DNA of 64,000 nt, from assembly GCA_964356355.1 (NCBI GenBank), contig CAYHGX010000005.1, positions 495 to 64,494 on the forward strand, written 5' to 3'. The stretch's first letter is position 1. Every line of letters starts with the position of its first letter. Below, piece after piece: positions 45,059-54,637 of the stretch. The notes beneath the pieces were generated by a model. That model made no database searches and had not been told where the DNA came from. It saw only the letters and a program-made list of their open reading frames with translations. Position numbers and translations under genes: made by a program. The stretch is from an uncultured Candidatus Peribacteria bacterium. Lineage in GTDB: Bacteria > Patescibacteriota > Gracilibacteria > UBA1369 > LOWO2-01-FULL-3.

Positions 45059-45108
45059 GGAATTGCTTTTCGAGGGGGCTGGTTTTACTTTTTCATCCAA
45101 CACACTAC

Positions 45109-45975
45109 ATGGCGATAATGGATGGGCTTAAAGTTTCGAAGGAGTTGCTATTGGCACTCCAGAGTGAAGTGAACGAACTTGAGTCCAAACACGTCCGCCC
45201 GAAGATGGCCGTAGTACTGGTGGGAGAGGACCCCGCTTCTTTGGTATATGTAAGACAAAAACAGAAGGCTGCGAATCTGTGTGGCATTGCCTGGGAGCAA
45301 TTTGATTTTACTCCAGAGGATGTGACTACGGAGGGCCTTGTTGCGAAAATTGAGGAGCTTAACAATGATGAGTTGATTCACGGAATTTTGGTTCAACTGC
45401 CCTTGCCGGCACATGTTTCTGTGCCCCTTGTAATGAGAGCTATTAATCCTAAAAAGGATGTTGATGGATTTACTGCTTACAACATTGGAAAGATGTTTAT
45501 AAGTACTGACTTTGAAGATTTAGCGCCGTGTACTCCTACTGGAGTGATTCATTTGCTAGATCATTATGGAGTGGAAATTCAGGGCAAAGAGGTGGTGGTA
45601 GTTGGGCATAGCAATATTGTGGGAAAGCCGTTGGCAATGATGCTCCTAAATCGGAATGCAACAGTGACTGTTTGTCATATACATACTAAAAATCTGGCTG
45701 AGCATACGCGACGAGCAGATATATTGTGCGTGGCCGTTGGTAAACCAAATTTAATTACTGGTGAAATGGTAAAGGAGGGAGCTGTGGTTGTGGATATTGG
45801 GATAAATCGGATGGAAGATGGAAAATTGTGCGGAGATATAAATTTTGCTGAGGTAAGTGCTAAGGCGAGCCTGCTTACTCCTGTGCCTGGTGGAGTGGGG
45901 CCGATGACAGTGGCGTGTTTGATGGAGAATACCGTGAAAGCAGCTAAGCGAAGCACTTTGCAAGCTAGTGATTAA
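45109..45975 (+). CDS. folD: Bifunctional methylenetetrahydrofolate dehydrogenase/cyclohydrolase
   Basis: VGEDPAS..YVR.K, ILVQLPLP, VVVVGHSNIVGKP and PVPGGVGPMT motifs. Confidence 0.93.
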   Translation: MAIMDGLKVSKELLLALQSEVNELESKHVRPKMAVVLVGEDPASLVYVRQKQKAANLCGIAWEQFDFTPEDVTTEGLVAKIEELNNDELIHGILVQLPLPAHVSVPLVMRAINPKKDVDGFTAYNIGKMFISTDFEDLAPCTPTGVIHLLDHYGVEIQGKEVVVVGHSNIVGKPLAMMLLNRNATVTVCHIHTKNLAEHTRRADILCVAVGKPNLITGEMVKEGAVVVDIGINRMEDGKLCGDINFAEVSAKASLLTPVPGGVGPMTVACLMENTVKAAKRSTLQASD

Positions 45976-46002
45976 TGTTCCAATAATTTAAACTAATCAT
46001 AT

Positions 46003-47520
46003 ATGTGCGGAATTGTAGGCATTTACGGGTATGGTCATGTTGCTCAGGATCTGTATGATGGATTGCTTACATTGCAACATCGTGGTCAGGATGCTGCGGG
46101 AATTGTGACTTTTGACGGCAAATTTCATGTCAGAAAGGATATTGGACTTGTGATGGATGTGTTTCATGCGCGTCATATGAAGACATTAACTGGATATGCG
46201 GGAATCGGGTTTAATAGATATGCAACTTTTGGCTCTGATAATGTGGAAGATGTGATGCCATTTATTGGCCAGGCGCCTTTTGGTGTGGCGATGGCTTTTA
46301 ATGGAAATGTATTTAATGCACGCGAACTCAAACAGGAGCTTTATGAAAAGGATCACCGTCTTGTAAATTCTGACAATGATGGTGAGGTAGTTTTGAATAT
46401 TTTCACTAAGGCGTTGACAAAGCAGAACCCTGAAAAGGTTACAGCGGATCACATTTGGAAGGCGGTTGAGAGTGTTTATGAGCGATGCAAGGGCGCGTAT
46501 GCGGTGATTGGCTATATTGCGAAGCAAGGTATGTTTGCCTTCCGTGATCCCTTTGGGATTCGTCCGTTGTTGCTTGGGAGACGCAAGGAAGGGCTTGAGT
46601 ATGAATATATTTTTGCTTCTGAGTCTGTGACTTTTGATATTTTGGGATATGAGTTTGTGGATGACGTAGGACATGGTGAGGCTATTTTTATTGAAGAAAA
46701 TGGGCGGAAGGTTCATAGAAAAATGGTGGGGCCGAAGACTTTGTCACCTTGTTTGTTTGAATACGTATACTTCGCAAGGCCAGACTCAATTATCAACGGT
46801 ATCTCTGTGCAAAAATCTCGCTTACGAATGGGTAAGAAACTGGCTCTGAAAATAAAGAAGGCCAAGTTGGATATTGACGTGGTGATGCCGGTACCTGACT
46901 CTTCACGAACGGCGGCATTTGCGATTGCGGATGAGCTGAATCTACCCTATAGAGAGGGACTAATTAAGAATCGTTATATTGGGCGAACGTTTATCATGCC
47001 AGGGCAAAGTGCCAGAAAAAAATCGATTAGGTACAAGCTAAATCCGATGCCCTTGGAGATTAAAGGCAAGAAAATCCTGCTAGTTGATGACAGTATTGTG
47101 AGAGGAAATACCTCAAGACAGATTATTGAAATGGTAAGAGGGGCAGGGGCTGAAAAAGTTTATTTTGCTTCGTATTCTCCGGAGATTTTAAGTCCAAATC
47201 TTTATGGCATAGATATTGCAACGAAAGAAGAGCTGATTGCTGTGGGAAATACTGTAGAGCAAATTGCAAAAATGATCAGTGCTGACAAACTGTTTTATGG
47301 TGATCTCCCGGATGTGTTTAAGGCCTGCACTGAGGGGAATCCGAAGGTGAAAGATATGGACATGTCTTGCTTTGATGGCAGATATGTGACCGGAGATATC
47401 ACTGATGAAATACTGAAAACTCAGGCGGATTCAAGAACAAAGGAGAGGCATACTGGCGAGGTAGAACGTGATAATTTTGGAGAAGAAGCGGCATTGGCTG
47501 GTCAATTAAACCTATTATAG
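46003..47520 (+). CDS. purF: Amidophosphoribosyltransferase
   Basis: MCGIVGIYG Ntn-type start and a PRTase loop (ILLVDDSIVRGNTS). Confidence 0.95.
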   Translation: MCGIVGIYGYGHVAQDLYDGLLTLQHRGQDAAGIVTFDGKFHVRKDIGLVMDVFHARHMKTLTGYAGIGFNRYATFGSDNVEDVMPFIGQAPFGVAMAFNGNVFNARELKQELYEKDHRLVNSDNDGEVVLNIFTKALTKQNPEKVTADHIWKAVESVYERCKGAYAVIGYIAKQGMFAFRDPFGIRPLLLGRRKEGLEYEYIFASESVTFDILGYEFVDDVGHGEAIFIEENGRKVHRKMVGPKTLSPCLFEYVYFARPDSIINGISVQKSRLRMGKKLALKIKKAKLDIDVVMPVPDSSRTAAFAIADELNLPYREGLIKNRYIGRTFIMPGQSARKKSIRYKLNPMPLEIKGKKILLVDDSIVRGNTSRQIIEMVRGAGAEKVYFASYSPEILSPNLYGIDIATKEELIAVGNTVEQIAKMISADKLFYGDLPDVFKACTEGNPKVKDMDMSCFDGRYVTGDITDEILKTQADSRTKERHTGEVERDNFGEEAALAGQLNLL

Positions 47521-47521
47521 T

Positions 47522-48853
47522 ATGAAGAAAATTCTCTTGATTGGATGTGGAGCGAGGGAGCATGTGATTGCCGAAACATTGAAAAAAAGTAGGCATGATG
47601 TGGAGCTTTATGTGGTGGGAAAAACTAGAAATCCCGGGATTGTGGCACTGGCTGAGGAGTGTTGTTTTGCTGATGTGTGTGACTTGGAGGCCATTGGGCA
47701 TTTTGCTAAGAGCGTGGAGCCGGACTTTGCGGTGGTGGGGCCGGAGGCCCCGATTGAGGCCGGTGTGACAGATATGCTTTTGGAGATGGGAATTCATAGT
47801 GCTTCACCGCTGAAAACGGTAGGAAGGCTGGAAAGCTCAAAATCTTTTACGAGAGACCTGATGGAGAAATATGGAATTGCTGGGAATCCAAAGTTTAAAA
47901 CGTTTTATAGTATTGAGGGAGTTGAGAAATTTTTAAAGGAACTGGATGAGGCTTTTGTCGTGAAGGCTGATGGGCTTAAGGGAGGAAAAGGCGTGAAGGT
48001 TTCAGGAGAACATTTGAATACGAGAGCGGAAGCGATGGCCTATATTTTAGAGTGTATAGAGGATTGCGGAAAGGTAGTGATTGAAGAGAAATTGGTGGGA
48101 CAGGAGTTTAGCTTGATGAGCTTTTGTGACGGCGTACATACGGTGGAGATGCCGTGTATTCAAGATCATAAGAGGGCTTACGAGGGAGACACGGGGCCGA
48201 ATACTGGTGGGATGGGAACATATGGATGTGCCAATCACCTACTTCCATTTTTGACGGAGGCAGATGTGATGGCTGCGGCTGAGATTACCAGGAAAATGGC
48301 ACGGGCTTTATTTGAGGAGACTGGAACTTATTTTAAAGGCGTAATGTATGGTGGATTTATGGCAACAAAAAAGGGTGTTGGACTGATTGAGTATAATGCT
48401 CGATTTGGTGATCCCGAGGCAATGAATGCACTATGCTTATTGAAGAGTGACTTGGTAGATATTTGTGAGGCTATTATTAGTGGTGGACTTGGCGATGTGA
48501 AGGTGGAGTTTGAAAAAAAGGCCACAGTTTGCAAATATGTGGTGCCGGAGGGATATCCTGATGAGGCGGTGAAAAACGTGGGAGTGGAGGTGGAAGAGGC
48601 TTTTGCGGAGAGTGAGAAAAACGAGGGCCTGAAAATTTACTTTGCTTCTGTGGATGAGCGGGAGGATGGCTTGTACCTGGCTGGATCAAGAGCGATTGCT
48701 ATGGTGGGAATTGCCGATACACTAGAGAAGGCGGAGCAGATTGCGGAAAATGGAGCAGGAATGATTAAGGGGCCGGTGTTTCATCGCAAGGACATTGGGA
48801 CTTCAGCGCTTGTGGAAAAGCGCATTCAGATGATGCGAGATTTGCGGGGCTAG
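47522..48853 (+). CDS. purD: Phosphoribosylamine-glycine ligase
   Basis: MKILLIGCGAREH start and an ATP-grasp core (VVKADGLKGGKGV, EFNARFGDPE). Confidence 0.93.
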   Translation: MKKILLIGCGAREHVIAETLKKSRHDVELYVVGKTRNPGIVALAEECCFADVCDLEAIGHFAKSVEPDFAVVGPEAPIEAGVTDMLLEMGIHSASPLKTVGRLESSKSFTRDLMEKYGIAGNPKFKTFYSIEGVEKFLKELDEAFVVKADGLKGGKGVKVSGEHLNTRAEAMAYILECIEDCGKVVIEEKLVGQEFSLMSFCDGVHTVEMPCIQDHKRAYEGDTGPNTGGMGTYGCANHLLPFLTEADVMAAAEITRKMARALFEETGTYFKGVMYGGFMATKKGVGLIEYNARFGDPEAMNALCLLKSDLVDICEAIISGGLGDVKVEFEKKATVCKYVVPEGYPDEAVKNVGVEVEEAFAESEKNEGLKIYFASVDEREDGLYLAGSRAIAMVGIADTLEKAEQIAENGAGMIKGPVFHRKDIGTSALVEKRIQMMRDLRG

Positions 48854-50865
48854 GCGACGGCTCTTATTAGGGCGGCGTGGTCGAAGGCCTTGATGGTGGT
48901 TTTTAATTTTTTGTAGCGGGCGAGTTTATCTTCCATGGAGTATGGCGGCTGAACTTCTGTGGCCTCTGGGGCTTGCGCTGGTTTGGCAGCAGTTTTTTTG
49001 GTGGACATTGATGCACCATAAAACTGTGCCCTTTTCTCATTTACGAAGTTAGAAACTTTCTCTCCCAACTGATCCAGGAAGGACTGAAGGGCAGGAAGTG
49101 CGCTCTTGAGTGTAGCAATCGCTTTTTGCAGCGTAGTGGTTGCAGTAGCCTCTGCAACAGCCTCTGTTTTTTCTTCCTCGGTAACTGCATCTTTTGGTAC
49201 AGGATTTAGCTCGGTACCTTTGAGCAATCTGAGTTGTCTCAAAAGTTTGTTGTAGAGTTTGAAGTATTGAACAAACATACGGTCATAGTTCTCGGTATTA
49301 ATATCTCGAGCTACCTCCTGGTTTTTGAGGAGGTCTTTTTGACTTTGTAACTCCTTCTCGAGATCGTCGGGATTGATGGTTTCCGGAGAGAGGGCGACGC
49401 GTTCGTAGGTAGCCTTAAGTCGATCCATTGAATGAACGGCCTTGGTGAGAACGTACATATTCATAAATTGGGTTGCAGCTGCGTGCTGATCACCATCATT
49501 TAGCGCCTTTATCGTGGCCTCAATGTGAACTATAAACTTTTGACTGAAAGACAATAATGGTTCGAAGGTCATTTTTGCGGCTTCGCCCTTCATGTATTCG
49601 AGGTTTCTGATCATTGCAGCCTTTTTATTCCAATTTAGAGGCTGGCTTGGGTTGAGGATGGAAAATGATCGATGTGTAGCCTCGACTTTTCTCAGGAATA
49701 AAGCCATTGGCTGGATATTTGAAGCACGGATTTGCTCAACTTTAATGGAGTCCTTGGCAAGGTATTCCCAGCTTTCTTCGATGGTTTGGAGACGGGCACC
49801 AAGATAGTCTTTGGCTCTTTCTATTTGGACTATCTTTGCCTGTGGATTGAAGCGACCTTTAATATCTTTGAGTGTGATGGCGCGTTTTACCATTTCCCTG
49901 AGCTTGATTTTATCTGGGTCATCAACATTTTCTAGTTGATCGATGCACTTGCCCATCGTTTCTGAAATTTTTTCTCGCGTCGCTGGATCCAAATTTCTCC
50001 ATGCGTCCAGATCTGCGATGATGGAGTTGAGCAGCTCTTCAATCATTTTCAGAATTCCAATTTCATCTTCGTAGCTTTTGTCGATCTCTTTTAGGCGAAG
50101 ACTAGAGTCGTAAAGATCTGTTTTGAAAAGAGTTTTTGTCTTTTCTCTTTCGCCCTCGCGGCCTGTGTAAACATGCTGGGTGCCGACTAAATACCCCTGT
50201 ACGGTGCGCATGAGGCGGAAGTAGCGGCCCTGGGCGGGGTCTTTTTCGTCGGGCCGGCGGATCGGCTCTAGCGCCATGAGCATATCGCGAACGGCTTCAA
50301 CTGCCTGATTTCTAAGTTCGCCACGCTGCACCATGTCGGCCCCTTTTGGTGGAAGGAATCTATCTAGGCCAAGATTTCTGAGCCTGGTATTGGTATTGCG
50401 GCGGGAATCAAGAATAACTCTACCCAGTGTAGCTGGATCATTGCCCTCTTCTCTTTTTTTAAGCGCTATGCGCTCTGTTGAATGGGAGCCAATGTCTATT
50501 ACTGTTTTAGCCATGCTGCGCGGACTTGCATCATATTCTTCAGGAGTGGCGGGACCATATTGGGCCCAAAGTGGATTACCCTCCATTTGCCTTAGCTTAG
50601 AGCGGATTACTCCATGAAGAACCTTAATGCGGCGACCAATAGCCGCGTCGGTTCTTGGCTCCTGCCTTTCTCTGTCCTTATAGAAAATATCAAATAATTC
50701 TCGGTCAACTTGGGGATTAGAGAATCTACCATGACCATCTCCTGTGCCATAGGCAGGATTTTGCTGGATATACTTATTGTAGTCGGAGGCAAATCCGGGA
50801 GAAAACCTATCTACCGTATCTACTGATTCGTTTGCTTCATTTTCCAAGTTTTCTGATGCCATCAT
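48850..50865 (-). CDS. Large hypothetical soluble protein (671 aa)
   Basis: Uninterrupted ORF, charged and helical, with no TM helix and no recognisable motif. Its stop shares a CTAG with the purD stop. Confidence 0.6.
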   Translation of the reverse strand: MMASENLENEANESVDTVDRFSPGFASDYNKYIQQNPAYGTGDGHGRFSNPQVDRELFDIFYKDRERQEPRTDAAIGRRIKVLHGVIRSKLRQMEGNPLWAQYGPATPEEYDASPRSMAKTVIDIGSHSTERIALKKREEGNDPATLGRVILDSRRNTNTRLRNLGLDRFLPPKGADMVQRGELRNQAVEAVRDMLMALEPIRRPDEKDPAQGRYFRLMRTVQGYLVGTQHVYTGREGEREKTKTLFKTDLYDSSLRLKEIDKSYEDEIGILKMIEELLNSIIADLDAWRNLDPATREKISETMGKCIDQLENVDDPDKIKLREMVKRAITLKDIKGRFNPQAKIVQIERAKDYLGARLQTIEESWEYLAKDSIKVEQIRASNIQPMALFLRKVEATHRSFSILNPSQPLNWNKKAAMIRNLEYMKGEAAKMTFEPLLSFSQKFIVHIEATIKALNDGDQHAAATQFMNMYVLTKAVHSMDRLKATYERVALSPETINPDDLEKELQSQKDLLKNQEVARDINTENYDRMFVQYFKLYNKLLRQLRLLKGTELNPVPKDAVTEEEKTEAVAEATATTTLQKAIATLKSALPALQSFLDQLGEKVSNFVNEKRAQFYGASMSTKKTAAKPAQAPEATEVQPPYSMEDKLARYKKLKTTIKAFDHAALIRAVA

Positions 50866-50895
50866 TGTTGTTTTAATGGTAGTGAATTATAACAT

Positions 50896-50923
50896 TTGAC
50901 AGCTAATGCACAAGGAGTAGTAT
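50896..50923 (+). promoter_or_regulatory. Promoter candidate (TTGACA-16-TAGTAT)
   Basis: Consensus -35 hexamer, 26 nt upstream of the 50949 ATG. Confidence 0.5.
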
Positions 50924-50948
50924 TTGGTTGGGCATGTAACTACATTGT

Positions 50949-51173
50949 ATGGCAACTTTTGATGGAATTATGGTTGCTATGTTGATAGGTTCAGTTGGGT
51001 TCTTTTTGCTCATACTGAATCGGCTTTTTGCGTACAATCGTATCTACAAATTCCCAGAGGATCGATACACTAAACTTTTCTGGGTTTTAACTAAGGAGCA
51101 TGTACTGATGATTTATCTTTCCATGGTGATTGCACACCTATTACTTGGAGTGTGGTTTATAACAAAAATTTAG
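50949..51173 (+). CDS. Small two-TM membrane protein (74 aa)
   Basis: Two hydrophobic helices, preceded by the promoter candidate. Confidence 0.45.
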   Translation: MATFDGIMVAMLIGSVGFFLLILNRLFAYNRIYKFPEDRYTKLFWVLTKEHVLMIYLSMVIAHLLLGVWFITKI

Positions 51174-51182
51174 AGATTAAAT

Positions 51183-51821
51183 ATGAGTGAAGATTTTCCT
51201 AAATATTTCAGGGGGCAGCACCAAGGCGAAAAATTTATTACCTTTTTCCGTCATCATTGGTTTTATTTGTTGAAAGATTTTGTCTATTTCATATTAATGA
51301 TCTCTGGTACGGTTTTGGTTTTAACTAACTTTGGAATGATAAGTGCACTACTAGTTGGGAGCACTGCTATGAAGATGCTTTTTCTGATCGTATTTAGTGT
51401 GGCGACAATCTACTTGCATAGATTTTTTTACAAGGTTTTTACACTATTTTTGGATACTGGCATTATCACCGATATTCGCATAATCGATCACCAGAAGACT
51501 CTGTTATTTCGGGATACAATGGATTCAGTTGATATGGCGCAGATTCAAAATCTCGAAAAGGTTGAGGAGGGAATTCTGCCAAAAATACTGAACTATGGGC
51601 ATTTGAAAATTTTCTTAACTGCTTCCTCCTCTATAAAAACTTTCCATGATGTTCCGAATGCAGCCTATTACTTTAAGCTACTCAATACACTAAAAGAGAA
51701 CAGGCAGTATAAGTTGATTCGTGAACATGGAGGAACCAATATACCTATAGAGACACAGGCGGACGACGAGGCACTTGAGGCTAGTGAAACCTCAACGGGT
51801 TACCTGCACTACCGAAGCTAG
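51183..51821 (+). CDS. Membrane protein, possibly with a bacterial PH (YdbS/YdbT-like) domain
   Basis: FRGQHQGEKFITFFRHHWFYLL is followed by two TM helices and a roughly 100-aa soluble domain. The assignment rests on layout only. Confidence 0.5.
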   Translation: MSEDFPKYFRGQHQGEKFITFFRHHWFYLLKDFVYFILMISGTVLVLTNFGMISALLVGSTAMKMLFLIVFSVATIYLHRFFYKVFTLFLDTGIITDIRIIDHQKTLLFRDTMDSVDMAQIQNLEKVEEGILPKILNYGHLKIFLTASSSIKTFHDVPNAAYYFKLLNTLKENRQYKLIREHGGTNIPIETQADDEALEASETSTGYLHYRS

Positions 51822-53536
51822 TAGCAGCCGAGAATTTTTAAATAGGCAACCTTTTTCTTTAGCAGTTCGAGGATTTTTGAAACCTTAAGATCTTTGGGCG
51901 TGCCCTTGAAATCGAGATAGAAGAGGTAATCACCGAAATGGGATTTTGTGGGACGGGATTCGATTCTAGTGAGGTTAATTTTGGCGGTGGCAAAGTCTTG
52001 AAAAACGGAAGAGAGACTACCGGGCGAGTCCTCATCAAAGTGAAAAACGATGGCAGTGGCCGTGGCGGATTCCGGAATCTGCTGGACGAAAAATTGGCCC
52101 TTTTTGATTAGGTAAAACTTAGTGAAATTTTCGGGATTGTCTTGAATATTTTGTGCGAGAATTTTTAGATTTAAGTGAGAGGTGGCGGCGGCTGGTGAAG
52201 TAATGACGGCGAGGTGGGGATCGGCTGAGTGAAGGAGAGTTTGAAGGGCCGCCGACGTTGAGGAGGCGGCCTCTTTTGTTGCTTTTGAAAAGTGCTTTTG
52301 CAAATATTTGCGACATTGGCTTAGCGCCTGTGAGTGTGAAATTATTTTTTTAATATCTGATTTCTTTGTAGCGTTAAGTGTAACTAGGCAATGGTCGATT
52401 GGAAGTTCGATTTCACCTTCAACGTGTACCTTTCTTTCAAAAAGGTTATCAAGGGTTTCTCTTACTGTACCCTCGAGCTTGTTTTCTACTGGCACAATCC
52501 CCTCCTTTACATTGCCTTTTTCCACAAGTTCGAAAACTTCTGAAATTTCGCGGCAGTAAAATTTATTCAGTGAGCTTTTAGTGGTATCTAGGTATTTGGT
52601 GGCAGCGGCATCACTGAAGGAGTGGGCCGGACCGAGCAGAGCGAGGTGCGATGAGGTGGGAGAAACTACTTTTGGTTGATCCGGTTTACCTGAATTAAGT
52701 ATCTCCCTGGAAGTAAGAAGACAATCAATTAAATGGCTGGTGTCCTTGTAGGCAGAATCGAGGTGAGTTTTAAAAAACTTACGGTCCTTTTCGAAGTACT
52801 TTTGAAATCCCTTCAAATCTTTTTTTGCCACAATCTTGTAAAGTTCATCTGTGCTCTTGCGGAAATTTTTCAAAGAGGCCAAAGAAACCGGATTTTGGAT
52901 CTGAATATTGCCGTAAAGTGCAGAATCTTGAGCAAAAATTCTGGCTGCAAGAAGGATCTTCAGTTCAGAGGCCTTGCCTGTAAATTTGAGTAACTTTTCC
53001 AGTGGCATCTTGCTGCGACGAAGTGCGTCGCCAAAAACGATTTCAGTGAAGTGCACGAGCCCTTGGGCGATATTCATGGTTTTATCGTGATCCTTGGCTG
53101 ACATGTGCTCAATCTTTACCTGGTTCTCTTTTAGAAAGGTTTCTAACCACTCACTCCATTTGCCGGATTTTTTGGTACGACAAAGGATCACGGTTTGACC
53201 TGGGATGGGGTTGGTGGAACCAAACATAGGATGAAGGCCGAGCACCTCATTTTTTCCTTTGAGCATTGCCTTTACTGGCTCTGCCTTTACGGAAGTAAGG
53301 TCCATAATTGCGCTGCCGTTTTTGAGATACGGAAGCACTTGGGAAATTATTTTTTCGGTTACCATTATTGGAACAGAAACAATAGTAATGTCTGCTTGGC
53401 TGGCCAGCTTTTCATTGGAAATAGTGGTGCCTAAATCAGAAACGAGAACTTTAATATTCCTCTCACGAAAAAAATCGGCAAAGAGCTTTCCCATCTGGCC
53501 CTTACCGCCGATTATTCCTATGAGAGGGGGCTTCAT
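51818..53536 (-). CDS. Fusion of prephenate dehydrogenase (TyrA) with prephenate dehydratase plus ACT domain (PheA)
   Basis: The N-terminal half has IGIIGGKGQMGKLF (Rossmann fold) and LGLHPMFG. The C-terminal half has LGPAHSFSDAAA, VPVENKLEGTV, SHSQALSQC and an ACT segment (LTRIESRPTK). Confidence 0.8.
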   Translation of the reverse strand: MKPPLIGIIGGKGQMGKLFADFFRERNIKVLVSDLGTTISNEKLASQADITIVSVPIMVTEKIISQVLPYLKNGSAIMDLTSVKAEPVKAMLKGKNEVLGLHPMFGSTNPIPGQTVILCRTKKSGKWSEWLETFLKENQVKIEHMSAKDHDKTMNIAQGLVHFTEIVFGDALRRSKMPLEKLLKFTGKASELKILLAARIFAQDSALYGNIQIQNPVSLASLKNFRKSTDELYKIVAKKDLKGFQKYFEKDRKFFKTHLDSAYKDTSHLIDCLLTSREILNSGKPDQPKVVSPTSSHLALLGPAHSFSDAAATKYLDTTKSSLNKFYCREISEVFELVEKGNVKEGIVPVENKLEGTVRETLDNLFERKVHVEGEIELPIDHCLVTLNATKKSDIKKIISHSQALSQCRKYLQKHFSKATKEAASSTSAALQTLLHSADPHLAVITSPAAATSHLNLKILAQNIQDNPENFTKFYLIKKGQFFVQQIPESATATAIVFHFDEDSPGSLSSVFQDFATAKINLTRIESRPTKSHFGDYLFYLDFKGTPKDLKVSKILELLKKKVAYLKILGCY

Positions 53537-53538
53537 GT

Positions 53539-53910
53539 TTATTTCGTAACTCTCTTCACAACTTTTTTCACCGCCTTTTTAGCCTTCTTTACTGTCTTTT
53601 TTGCTTCTGGCGATTCAACTGCTTTTTTCGCCTTTCCATAAACAGTTTTCGCACCAGCAACGCCCTTTTTTATCGCCTTTTTAACCTCGGGGTTTTCACT
53701 GATTTTCTTGTATGTTTTTACTGCTGTTTCTTCTATGTCCTTGCCCATTTCAGTCATTGTATCTTTTATAATCCCAAGGCCATTGCCGCCAGCTTTAATA
53801 TCTTTCTTGAGTTTTGTGCGAGTTTCGTCGCCTTTTTTAGGAGCAAAAAGTACACCTAAAGCTGTACCAGCGAGCACGCCAGCAAATAATGATTTCAAGC
53901 CTTTTAACAT
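53539..53910 (-). CDS. YtxH domain-containing protein
   Basis: LFAGVLAGTALGVLFAPKKGDETR is the hallmark YtxH N-terminus. The tail is Lys-rich. Confidence 0.7.
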   Translation of the reverse strand: MLKGLKSLFAGVLAGTALGVLFAPKKGDETRTKLKKDIKAGGNGLGIIKDTMTEMGKDIEETAVKTYKKISENPEVKKAIKKGVAGAKTVYGKAKKAVESPEAKKTVKKAKKAVKKVVKRVTK

Positions 53911-53996
53911 GGGAATGAGGTTATTTTGTTTGACTGAATTTTAGCAGTTTTTACTACGTGGGAGCAAGAACTTAATCGGAAGTTCTGTGGTGAAGA

Positions 53997-54623
53997 TTAG
54001 GATTTATTCCAAGGAAGCCCTTTCCTCAAACCGGCAAGTGCTTGGCTGAGGCGTGATCTTGCAGCTGCTTGTGGGACGGCAATCTCTGGATCGGGCTGGG
54101 CGCTTGCGGGTTCGGCATCTGCGGATTCGGTGACGGATGGGGACGTGAACTCTGCAGGTGGAGTTGGAAATTGGTGGTAAATACGGACGGGGTCTGTGGC
54201 TGAGGCAAATTGAAATCCTGATTGGGCGGTGGTAGTTGAAAGTATTCCTCTACCAACACTGTCATCTGGCTGAAGTACCTGGAGGCTTCCTTCAGTTAGG
54301 AATAATTGGCCATTGATTGGCCTTATGGTATTACCCTTTCCGTAAGTACCCTCAACTTCATAAAGTACAACCACTCCATTCTTTCCATCTTGAACATCCC
54401 TGATGTTGAGTACTAACGAGGCCACCTCTCCTTTTTTAACATCTCTATCGGCAGCGCGGTGGATTGTGAGGCTATCCCCTGTTTTTACTGTGCCTTTATT
54501 TCTGAGTAATTCATACCTTATTTCTCGTGAGCTTATTCCGCTCTCAGGAGAGGCTGTTAATTTGGCAGCTTCGAAGAGAGTGTTAACATCTGGGCTTTCT
54601 GTGGGTGCAGTTTCAAGAGGCAT
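53997..54623 (-). CDS. Hypothetical protein (208 aa)
   Basis: ORF only; no motif recognised. Confidence 0.5.
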   Translation of the reverse strand: MPLETAPTESPDVNTLFEAAKLTASPESGISSREIRYELLRNKGTVKTGDSLTIHRAADRDVKKGEVASLVLNIRDVQDGKNGVVVLYEVEGTYGKGNTIRPINGQLFLTEGSLQVLQPDDSVGRGILSTTTAQSGFQFASATDPVRIYHQFPTPPAEFTSPSVTESADAEPASAQPDPEIAVPQAAARSRLSQALAGLRKGLPWNKS

Positions 54624-54637
54624 CGAATTTCTGTTAA

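Noticed and set aside
44825-45108. Possible ZTP or THF riboswitch in the 284-nt region upstream of folD-purF-purD
   Set aside because: I could not find the conserved cores I remember, such as the GGGUCGUGAC/CCGCCUGGGCA elements of the ZTP motif. The predicted promoter leaves only about a 45-nt leader. A cmscan run would settle it.
46186-46716. Long antisense or off-frame ORFs inside well-supported genes (for example 46186..46716 and 47399..47797 in purF/purD)
   Set aside because: Each lies entirely within a gene that has strong family motifs in another frame or on the other strand, and the translations are low-complexity or hydrophobic nonsense. Other examples are 43296..43733, 19655..20074, 26121..26555, 33926..34739 and 7098..7493.
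48850-48853. Convergent genes sharing a palindromic CTAG as the stop codon on both strands (also at 62220-62223)
   Set aside because: This is a real feature but a trivial consequence of TAG stops in tightly packed convergent genes. There is no evidence of function.
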